Positions 8,904 through 17,720 of a stretch of DNA of 64,000 nt are shown here, piece by piece (the stretch's first letter is position 1; every line of letters starts with the position of its first letter). The notes under the pieces were generated by a model that had not been told where the DNA came from, made no database searches, and was given only the letters and a program-made list of their open reading frames with translations. The stretch lies in contig CAXXWQ010000004.1 in assembly GCA_963674945.2 (NCBI GenBank), positions 1,024,001 through 1,088,000 on the forward strand, written 5' to 3'. This DNA comes from an uncultured Desulfosarcina sp. GTDB lineage: Bacteria; Desulfobacterota; Desulfobacteria; Desulfobacterales; Desulfosarcinaceae. A program made the translations under genes and the position numbers.

Positions 8904-8968
8904 CTTCAGTTGCTGAAAAAGCAGTAATCGTTGTGAATGAAAAGCTGTGTCTTTGCCGGTTATTACGA

Positions 8969-9478
8969 TCATGCCTTCATGGAAGCTTTTTTTAGAGGCA
9001 CACTTTCCATTTCCTGCAATCCCAATGCAAAAATCTCCATACGAATTCTCCGGACAGCCTTTGCAATTGCGCCGCGAACCGGCTCTGATATACGATACCC
9101 ATTCGTATCCTTTGGTTCGATCCAGATAAATACCAGTTTCTCGGGAAATCCTCCGGCCAGATCCGTCCTTGCCAAGACCGCCAGAAGTCGCTCTATGGTG
9201 GTATCCTCGGCGGCCATCCAGGTTGCATGCTCCTTGAAAATGGTGCCATTCCAAACATGCAGTCCACCGGGCACACCCGATAGGCGCAGTGGCCCGACAA
9301 CGATGGCCAGATCTGCCTTGTACAGCAACCCGCCGGCATAATTGGGGTTGTCGCCCAGGTAGGAGATGTGAATGGACCGGCCAATTGTCTCGTTGGCCAC
9401 GGACTCCAGAACGAAACAGGCAGCACCACGGTCTCCTTGAAGCACATCGCCTATTCCGAGGATGGTGATCTTTTTCAT
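8969..9478 (-). CDS. Hydrogenase maturation protease (HybD/HycI family) homolog with degenerate metal site
   Basis: ITILGIGDVLQGDRG, ADLAIVVG, LVFIWIEP and ISEPVRGAI align with the family pattern; ligand positions altered. Confidence 0.75.
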   Translation of the reverse strand: MKKITILGIGDVLQGDRGAACFVLESVANETIGRSIHISYLGDNPNYAGGLLYKADLAIVVGPLRLSGVPGGLHVWNGTIFKEHATWMAAEDTTIERLLAVLARTDLAGGFPEKLVFIWIEPKDTNGYRISEPVRGAIAKAVRRIRMEIFALGLQEMESVPLKKASMKA

Positions 9479-9526
9479 TTCGTTGGCCCTATTTTTTCAT
9501 TTCAGCGTGTACCTAAACTGTGCGTT

Positions 9527-10321
9527 TCAAAGGACTTCTTCCAATTGCAGATCTCTGAATACGGCATCCATGGTACGGCAAACCCGGTGCGCCTCCTGTT
9601 CGGAGCCGGCAAATCCGATCCAGCATTGCCAGATTTCATCTTCGTTTCTCCATGCATTTCCGTCCGGCTTCAACAGATCCTCCTGATTACAATTGTCCAA
9701 TACGCGGTTGAACAAGGCGATCTTTTTGATCAGATTCGGCTCCGAATCCTCCCCGCCGTTGTTCCGGTATTCTAAATAGAGACTGTCCTTGACATGGTTG
9801 TACAGTCCATATTTGAAATCGTGGATGCGGCGGGGAATGTTGGAAAGGACCCACTGCTGGTTTTTTCGCACCAGTTCCTTTCGGATGCGTTCTTTACAAT
9901 CAACGACAGCGTTGGTTAGCTTCTGTTGTAACTCCTCACGATCTACCGTTTTTTCTTTCATGGGAATAAAGTTCTCATGCCACTCGTCGAATTCTTTTAT
10001 GAATGCCGACCGGATTTCCGGATCCGATATTTCTTGGGCAACCGCCTTCGGATCCGGCGTCAGCAGATCGTCCAGATCGATCAGGACTTCATCCACGATC
10101 CAACTAAAGGGTTTTCCAGTCTGCGAATCTTTGCCGATACGATGAACCAAATGAGCAAACTGGATACGGGCCGTAGCGTCGGTATCGGCTAATACACGGA
10201 ACCCCCATTTCCCGGTTACGGATGGACAATCCGGGAATGTGCCGCGTTCGTGAAGGTCAAAAACACAGGGAACCTTGTACTTGGGTTGATAAATCACAAA
10301 AAAACCCTCGGAAATTTTCAT
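9527..10321 (-). CDS. Hypothetical protein (264 aa), first gene of the small-gene string
   Basis: Long ORF with AAGGAG RBS; no recognisable motif. Confidence 0.8.
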   Translation of the reverse strand: MKISEGFFVIYQPKYKVPCVFDLHERGTFPDCPSVTGKWGFRVLADTDATARIQFAHLVHRIGKDSQTGKPFSWIVDEVLIDLDDLLTPDPKAVAQEISDPEIRSAFIKEFDEWHENFIPMKEKTVDREELQQKLTNAVVDCKERIRKELVRKNQQWVLSNIPRRIHDFKYGLYNHVKDSLYLEYRNNGGEDSEPNLIKKIALFNRVLDNCNQEDLLKPDGNAWRNEDEIWQCWIGFAGSEQEAHRVCRTMDAVFRDLQLEEVL

Positions 10322-10547
10322 TTGGCTCTCCTTTTATGGTTGGTTTTAATCCTATCGCTATTTGGCCATGGTCGAAGAATGCCTGCCAATTGTGAGATGT
10401 TGCACTTTTATTTAACCTTGGCTTTTGTATCCCTTACGGTTGAGACCGAATCCTTCCCGCAGGCCACGGACATATTTTGACAGACGACTGTCTTCGTGTC
10501 GCGCTATCGGTTTTGTGAAAGTTACCTGGAATTTGAGCCGGAGAAAT

Positions 10548-10599
10548 AAAAAAGCCATGCCGGCCGCCTGGTAACCGATGGTTGGGCCTTCATGGCTCT
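10548..10599 (-). promoter_or_regulatory. Leader hairpin or attenuator upstream of the Ni-handling genes
   Basis: Minus strand AGAGCCATG...CATGGCTTTTTT with internal GGCC/GGCC and AACC/GGTT pairing. Confidence 0.45.
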
Positions 10600-10928
10600 A
10601 CTTGGAAATGATAGTGATGATATTTCGTGAAATGCCATTTTCCTAACGGCAGATTGTGTCACCCTTTAAAACAAAATGTGTTATTTGTAAACAACTTATT
10701 TACTGAAATGTTCCGTTTTGGAAAATTGGCTCAAATCGCGGTAACCAATTGACATTACAAAATTAATGGCCTAAAAAAGAGTCATAATGCAAGTTTGCTC
10801 CGCTATCTTTCCCTGTAAAACAAAAATAACGGAAATCGCTGGGACATGGCCTTTGCGATGAGGTACGGTTCTCATGCTCTTCCCGGATTAGCAAAGTGAT
10901 TCGATACAATGATTTATTAAGGAGGTGG

Positions 10929-12146
10929 ATGATGGGTACACAGCGGACTTGGAAAACGAAAACTTTACACAATTATGCAGTGATCGGCGCTATATTGTTC
11001 ATCGCTATCTGCTGTGGCGGTTGCGGCGGCGGGGGAGGCGGCGGTGGTACCGCATCGGTTGATTCGGGTGTTGCTGTTATCGCTGAAATTTCCTCATCAG
11101 GTGGAATCGTCAAACATCCCGACGGATTTTTCATTGAATTCAAAACGGATGATGTTAGCGAAACGATCTCAATATCAATTTCAAAAGTTGCTCTTCCGTC
11201 CGCCTTGCCGGATCAGATCCAAGCCGTATCCGATACGTTTCAAGTCGATATGGATAAGACTTCTCTGATGAATCCGGTCACCATCGCATTTGAACTCAGC
11301 GATGCTCAGAATCAGCAAGATGCCGGCACATTGGGCATATATCGATGGGATGGAGAAGGATGGTACAATGTCGGTGGACACAAAGAAGATGGTGTGATGT
11401 CTACGCAGGTGCGTCACTTTTCGGCATTTGTATTGGGCACGGGACCCAGCCTTCATAAAGTCGTCGAGTTTGAAAACAATGGGACGTATGATGCCTGTGT
11501 CTCGGTCGCGGATTACGAATTGGCTCATCCGGATATGGATTCCCCCATCGATAGAAACTTCAGTGTAATTGTCTGGTCACTCGGACATGACAATTCAGGG
11601 CATCAGGGGATGTGGCTTCCCCAGGGAAGCTTCCAATTCTGTACTCAATGGTGGGATAACACAACATATAAAAATTACCATCGATTTTTGGGGGATAGTC
11701 CGCCAGACCCATGGAATTATACGCTGTCCGAGACCACTGGAACGACCATCATTCCTTTCGATACCAGCACAAACAAGATGGAAGGTTTATGTCCACCACC
11801 TTTCAATACGGCTTATGGCGAAAGTCGTCGATATGCAGACTGTGAAGACGGCCAGGGGTTTCTGGGAGACTGGGTGTTTTTCATTGAAGGTGCCGAAGAA
11901 GGCGGATGGCACTATTATGTTGAATTAAAAGATGATTGTACACTCGCCTGGACATCTTACGTCATGTGGGCCTATAATAACTCCGGTATTGGTCAGTGGG
12001 GATATGACGGCGCAACCAATGAACTCTGGTGGATATTGACAAGCATTGTGTCGGGCGGAACGGTAACCCCCATCGATAGTACGCACATGCATGTAAATGA
12101 TCCTGATTTGAAAGATGGCAAAGTATGGGAGTGGCGTCGGGATTAG
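10929..12146 (+). CDS. Hypothetical lipoprotein (Gly linker, ZU5-like region)
   Basis: GGAGG RBS, lipobox-like CCGGC plus poly-Gly, ISSSGGIV...IYRWDGEGW...VRHFSAF. Confidence 0.75.
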   Translation: MMGTQRTWKTKTLHNYAVIGAILFIAICCGGCGGGGGGGGTASVDSGVAVIAEISSSGGIVKHPDGFFIEFKTDDVSETISISISKVALPSALPDQIQAVSDTFQVDMDKTSLMNPVTIAFELSDAQNQQDAGTLGIYRWDGEGWYNVGGHKEDGVMSTQVRHFSAFVLGTGPSLHKVVEFENNGTYDACVSVADYELAHPDMDSPIDRNFSVIVWSLGHDNSGHQGMWLPQGSFQFCTQWWDNTTYKNYHRFLGDSPPDPWNYTLSETTGTTIIPFDTSTNKMEGLCPPPFNTAYGESRRYADCEDGQGFLGDWVFFIEGAEEGGWHYYVELKDDCTLAWTSYVMWAYNNSGIGQWGYDGATNELWWILTSIVSGGTVTPIDSTHMHVNDPDLKDGKVWEWRRD

Positions 12147-12477
12147 GGAACTTTGCCAAGAAACCTTTCATCATTTCAAATTTCATGATTTCCCCCTCGC
12201 AAAGGCAAGCCGTTGCATTTTGCGAGGGGAATGTGCAAATTTTTAAACACCGGTGGTGATATTCTCCACCTGGTTTTCCATATCCAACTCTTTTGCCAAA
12301 CCGTAAATTCCCTGTAATAGCAATTGGTTGTCCCTATTCGCGGTGCTTCCGGGATCTTGGGCGGATCATCGTGTCCGATGGATGGCACTTTTATTGCTGT
12401 ATCACTCTTTTCACTTGATCTTCATAATCGAAATACGCCTGTTGTGGAGCGAACCAGGCGTTTTCGGGGGCAACGAA

Positions 12478-14016
12478 ATGATGGCATTCAATATAGCGCG
12501 GTACGGCTTGGTGATTCGTCGGTTCTGTGCCGTTGGCCTGGCGTTTCTGATGATGAACATAATCTGTGCATGCGGCGGTGGTGCTCCTGTCGCAGATGAC
12601 AAACGCCCTGAAATCAGCGACCCGGGCAATGCGTCCGAATCCCCCGATATTCCGCCTGTGGAAGACCTCACCCAATGGGAAGCGGACGATTTCGAACATG
12701 TCTATGACGTGGGGCCCGGTCGTGCGTTCGCCGAACCGGGTGATGTGCCCTGGGAGTCGCTGCAGCCCTCCACGCTGGTGCGCATCTACTACCGCGATAT
12801 CCCTTACCGGGCCAAGTGGGTGGTCAATGTCGCCGGCACGGCCGAAAAACCGGTGGTGATTCTGGGAATGGCCGACAATGACCGCCGACCGTGCATCAGC
12901 GGAGAGAATGCCGTGACACGCCAGGCGCTCGATTACTGGAACGAGGTGCGTTCGGTGATCAAGGTGGGCGGGTCGAGCACTCCCGACAATCCCGCCGGAC
13001 CGTCACACATCCACATCCAGGGATTGGAGATCCGCAGCGCGCGGCCGTCTTACAGTTTTTCAGACGATGCCGGTTCTCAGGAAAGGTACAGCCAGAATGC
13101 CGCCGCCATTCATGTGGAAGAAGGAGAAGACATCACCATTGCCGATTGCATCCTGCGCGACGCAGGCAACGGGATCTTTTCCGGATCGGCTTCATCCCGT
13201 CTGATCATTCGCGCCAACCTGATTTATGACAATGGCATCGATGGCAGCATCTACCACCACAACTCCTACACCGAGAGCCAGGGAATTCTTTTTGAACGAA
13301 ACCACTACGGGCCTCTGCGCAGCGGTTGTTTGGGCAATAATTTGAAGGATCGTTCGTGCGGCACCGTCATCCGATACAACTGGATCGAGGGCGGCAACCG
13401 CCAACTGGACCTGGTGGAGACCGATTATGCGCATATCGCAGACGATCCATCTTACCAGGAGACGTTTGTCTACGGCAATCTGCTCATCGAACCCGACGGA
13501 GCCGGCAACAGTCAGATTCTGCACTATGGCGGCGATGGTGGTGATGTCGACATGTACCGTCGAGGAACCCTTTACTTCTATCACAACACGGTGGTCTCCA
13601 CACGTTCGGGCAACACCACCCTCTTGCGCTTAAGCACCACCGATGTGAACGCCGATGTGGTGAACAACATTCTTTACCCTTTTGCCGGTGGAAGCCGCCT
13701 TGCCATCACCAGCGGAAACGGCCAGACACGCCTTTTCGGCAACTGGCTGCCCGAGGGATGGCAAATTACCCACGAGGCCGGCCTGGAAGAAGGTGCTGCG
13801 CTTCTGGACCTGGGCAATCAAGAGGGACTGGCACCCGGGTTTGTGGATGAAGACGACCAGGATTTCCACCTGGCCACCGGTTCCGACGCCTGTGGCAATG
13901 CAGAGGCCCTGCCTGCGGCCGTATTGTCCTATCCGCCGGATCATCAATATGTCGTGCACCGGCAATACGAACCCCGGCATTTTGAATCGGATATCGGTGC
14001 ATTTGAATGCTTCTGA
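12478..14016 (+). CDS. Lipoprotein with a right-handed beta-helix (pectin-lyase-like) fold
   Basis: CACGGG lipobox-like motif, YDVGPG, HHNSYTE, GNNLKDRS, IRYNWIEGG, NNILY. Confidence 0.75.
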   Translation: MMAFNIARYGLVIRRFCAVGLAFLMMNIICACGGGAPVADDKRPEISDPGNASESPDIPPVEDLTQWEADDFEHVYDVGPGRAFAEPGDVPWESLQPSTLVRIYYRDIPYRAKWVVNVAGTAEKPVVILGMADNDRRPCISGENAVTRQALDYWNEVRSVIKVGGSSTPDNPAGPSHIHIQGLEIRSARPSYSFSDDAGSQERYSQNAAAIHVEEGEDITIADCILRDAGNGIFSGSASSRLIIRANLIYDNGIDGSIYHHNSYTESQGILFERNHYGPLRSGCLGNNLKDRSCGTVIRYNWIEGGNRQLDLVETDYAHIADDPSYQETFVYGNLLIEPDGAGNSQILHYGGDGGDVDMYRRGTLYFYHNTVVSTRSGNTTLLRLSTTDVNADVVNNILYPFAGGSRLAITSGNGQTRLFGNWLPEGWQITHEAGLEEGAALLDLGNQEGLAPGFVDEDDQDFHLATGSDACGNAEALPAAVLSYPPDHQYVVHRQYEPRHFESDIGAFECF

Positions 14017-14192
14017 AAAATCTTTCCCCACCATCAGGATCAAGATAGCGGCATCGGAGGCCATGTTGGCCCGCTGCATCGATTGTCTAATGATCAATCG
14101 TGTGGTATTCGAATTTCGATTTCAGGTGTGAATGAATATGGCGTGGGATCTCGTATCTCTCACCAAAACCAATTCACCTCCCATGGAAGCAT

Positions 14193-15214
14193 ATGGAAAA
14201 GGAATACGAACACATTCTCAAGCAGGCGGCTTTGGCCCATGAAGAGGGCAGGCTTGCCGATGCGGAAAACGCCTATCTGGAAGTATTGAGTGAAAAACCG
14301 GATTCGGGACCGGTGCTGAATGCGCTTGGAACGGTCTTTCTGGACCAGTCCCAATCGGACAGGGCAAAAAAGGTTTTTGAAAAGGCGGCCAACCTGAATC
14401 CGCCCGATCTATCGGCATGTTATAATCTTGGCAGGCGCAAGCAGTTGGAGGGTGACGAAAAGGGGGCCATAAACATCTACAGGGCCATCGTTACGCAGGA
14501 GCCCAGATTTGGCCTGGCATGGAACAACCTGGGGTGGTGTACCGGGAAATCGGCGAACCGGAGGAAGCCATCTCCTGTTTTCGAAAAGCCGTGGCATTTG
14601 CTCCCGACATGGCCGAGGCATGGAACAACCTGGGTGTGGCACAGGATGAGTTTGATATGATTGAAAACGCCTGCCGGTCATACCAAAAGGCGATTGAAAT
14701 ACAGCCAGCGTATGCATCCGCCCACTTTAACCTCGGGGTCTCTCTGCAGAAAAGGGGGCAATTCAAGGCAGCCGAGGACCATTACAACAAAGTGCTGGAA
14801 ATCAAACCGGACGACGAGGCGGCGATTTTTATGCGCCAGAGCCTGGGGAGATCCACAATTCCCGATGCCGCCCCGGCACAGCATGTGCGCAGGATTTTCG
14901 ATCGTTGTGCCGGCACGTTTGAAAAGATTCTGGTAAACGATCTGGAATACAAGACCCCTGAACTTTTGTTCAACCTTGTACGCCCACATCTAAAGCAAGA
15001 TCTGACGGTTCTGGATTTAGGCTGCGGCACCGGTTTGGGCTCACAATTCTACCGGCCCTATGCAAAGCTGCTGATCGGCGTCGATGTGTCTCCCAAAATG
15101 CTCCAAAAGGCTTTGGAGAAAAATATCTACGAGGATCTCAGCGTCTTTGACATCCTTCAAGACTGGGCATTTTCCCAACCGTTCGATCTCATATACAGCT
15201 ATAGGGATTGTTAA
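14193..15214 (+). pseudogene. TPR plus class I methyltransferase, frameshifted and 3'-truncated
   Basis: TPRs continue across a frameshift in the G-run at 14531-14534 (AWNNLG|VVYRE); LDLGCGTG; ends at FDLIYS/YRDC*, before the Rossmann fold is complete. Confidence 0.8.
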
Positions 15215-15508
15215 TTGTGGCAGAAAAGGGTCTCAAATAGACATTCGTGTTTAATGGTCAATGGTATAAAATCGAGGTTACTTTCGATAGATTCTAAAGA
15301 ATTCTTTCCGCCGGACGAAATTAATGATAATCGATCTCATTAAGCCGAAGAACTGTTGCTGAATCTCCAGAGCCTCCATCGCTCCGCATCCCCCTCTTGT
15401 TCCACGCGACAATTCAACCTCTTTCATAACCATTTATAAGTAAGCGCTGAATACGTTTTAGCGAACCATGAAGAACCGTTATCCAAACCTGACGGAGACC
15501 TGATTTCG

Positions 15509-17563
15509 ATGAATAAGAGATATAAGATCGCCACCAGAATCTTACTGCCTGTCATCTGTATGACGATTGTTGCTTCCATAGCGCTGTTTTTCATTGCCGG
15601 AAGCACGTTCAATGGAATCATGGAACGGAATCTCGAACAAACTGCACGCTCCAAGGCAAACGATATTACCATCAGTGAGGGGCGCATCGCCAACAAAATG
15701 CTTTCCCAGGCCGCCCTTTTCAGCCAGGCGGATGCCGTTAAAAAAGCATATGAGACCGCATATCAGGGAGATGTAAACAACGCCGACGACCCCCATATGG
15801 AATCGGCACGCCGGCAGTTGCATGGGTATTTTGCATCCATAGAGGAAGGATACCGGAAAATTCACGATGGAAAAGCCTTTCGGATTCACTTTCATGTTCC
15901 ACCAGCCAGGAGCCTTTTGCGGTTATGGAAAAAGGACCAGCACCAAAGCGACGACCTGATCACCTTCCGTGACACGGTAGCGACCATCAGCCGGGGCAAC
16001 CACAAACCGATTACCGGAATCGAAATCGGCAGAGGCGGATTCGCCATCCGCGGGATCGTACCCATCTTTGCCGATGACGGTAGATATCTGGGATCCGTGG
16101 AGTCGTTGTCCACATACGATCCGCTGGTAAAGTATAGCGTCAGCAACGGCAATGAGTACATTGCCGTATATATGAACAAAGAATTTCTTCCTGTCGCCAC
16201 GCGCCTGCAGGATTCATCTAAATATCCAGTCGTTGGAGATAAATTTGTCCATATCACTTCTACGAAAAAAGAAATCACGGATACGGTCGTCACACCGGAG
16301 TTGTTGGCATCCGGGCAAACGGGGCAGGTTTCGGTCAGGATGGACAATTATTTCATATCGGCTTTTCCCATCCACGATTTCAGCAACAAGCAAATCGGTG
16401 TAATCGCCTATGCCTATGATGCTGGTGATCACTATGCCATGGTGGATAAAATCCGATGGGGTATTGCCGGTTTGTGCGTTCTTCTTTCGGTCGGGATCGT
16501 CTTGCCACTGGTATTTTGCGCCCGTTCGGTGATCGTGCCGATCAACCGAACGATCGTCAGGCTCAAAGATATCGCGGAAGGTGACGGGGACCTGACGAAA
16601 CGGTTGGAGATCATAAAACAGGATGAAATCGGCGAAATGGCCCGATGGTTCAACACATTCCTGGATAAGCTGCAGACCATGATCCGCAAAATCGCTGAGA
16701 ACTCTTCTAATGTCGATCAGTCTTCCAAAGAATTTGCGGAAATTGCTACACATGTATCACAAGGGGCCGGCGATACCTCACAGCGTTCGAACAACGTATC
16801 CACCGCGATAGAGGAGATGAGTGCCAACCTGAACAGTGTGGCTGCGGCCATGGAGGAGTCCTCGACAAGCGCGTCCATGGTGGCCACGGCTACCGAAGAA
16901 ATGACAGCGACGATAAATGAGATTGCCCAAAATGCGGAGAAAGCGCGTTCTTCTTCCGACCAGGCCGTTCAAAGAGCGGACAAGGCCTCCATACAGATGG
17001 ATGAATTGCGTCGATCAGCCCAAAACATCGGCAAGGTGGTCGAAACGATCACTGAAATTTCCGAACAGGTCAACCTGTTGGCCCTCAATGCAACCATCGA
17101 GGCGGCCCGGGCAGGCGAGGCCGGCAAGGGCTTTGCTGTAGTGGCCAACGAGATCAAGGAACTGGCCAACCAGACCTCCGCGGCGACACTGGAGATCAAG
17201 GATATAATAACGAATATCCAGAGCAGCACCGACGGATCGGTGAAAAGTATCGAAGAAATAACGGCGGTCATAAAAGATTCAAACGGAATTATTGCCACGA
17301 TTGCCACCGCTGTCGAAGAACAGTCTACCGTGGCGCAAGAGATCGCCGATAGCATTGCCCAGGCGTCTGCCGGCATCCAGGAGGTGAACGAAAATGCGAA
17401 CCAGAGTTCTGCCGTGGCGACCCGCATTACGCAGGACATCGCAGTCGTTGACCGGAGTGCCGGAGAAATCGCCGTCAGCAGCAATCGGATGACGTCAAAG
17501 GCGGAAGCGTTGAAACGAATGGCTTCAGAACTCAACCAGGTTGTCGCCATTTTCAAAGTATAG
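15509..17563 (+). CDS. Methyl-accepting chemotaxis protein (Cache sensor, HAMP, MA domain)
   Basis: Two TM helices, [56 protein letters not shown]. Confidence 0.95.
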   Translation: MNKRYKIATRILLPVICMTIVASIALFFIAGSTFNGIMERNLEQTARSKANDITISEGRIANKMLSQAALFSQADAVKKAYETAYQGDVNNADDPHMESARRQLHGYFASIEEGYRKIHDGKAFRIHFHVPPARSLLRLWKKDQHQSDDLITFRDTVATISRGNHKPITGIEIGRGGFAIRGIVPIFADDGRYLGSVESLSTYDPLVKYSVSNGNEYIAVYMNKEFLPVATRLQDSSKYPVVGDKFVHITSTKKEITDTVVTPELLASGQTGQVSVRMDNYFISAFPIHDFSNKQIGVIAYAYDAGDHYAMVDKIRWGIAGLCVLLSVGIVLPLVFCARSVIVPINRTIVRLKDIAEGDGDLTKRLEIIKQDEIGEMARWFNTFLDKLQTMIRKIAENSSNVDQSSKEFAEIATHVSQGAGDTSQRSNNVSTAIEEMSANLNSVAAAMEESSTSASMVATATEEMTATINEIAQNAEKARSSSDQAVQRADKASIQMDELRRSAQNIGKVVETITEISEQVNLLALNATIEAARAGEAGKGFAVVANEIKELANQTSAATLEIKDIITNIQSSTDGSVKSIEEITAVIKDSNGIIATIATAVEEQSTVAQEIADSIAQASAGIQEVNENANQSSAVATRITQDIAVVDRSAGEIAVSSNRMTSKAEALKRMASELNQVVAIFKV

Positions 17564-17720
17564 TCCATGTTTGTCCAGAAGAAGAGAAGTCTTTTTCAAG
17601 CCAGTTTCAAACGACGATACAAAGCAACAAGACGGCCTGTTTTAAAGCTTTTACGATAGTGCCACGCGAATACGAAAAGAGTTATTAGGACTGTCAGACA
17701 CCAAAAAGCAGAGTTCATCC

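Noticed and set aside
8796..9254. 152-aa ORF overlapping the protease homolog
   Set aside because: Alternative frame that runs through a repeat half-site; no motifs
10656..10684. NikR-like GTGTCAC/GTGTTAT half-sites
   Set aside because: They are in direct rather than inverted orientation, so they do not fit the palindromic operator
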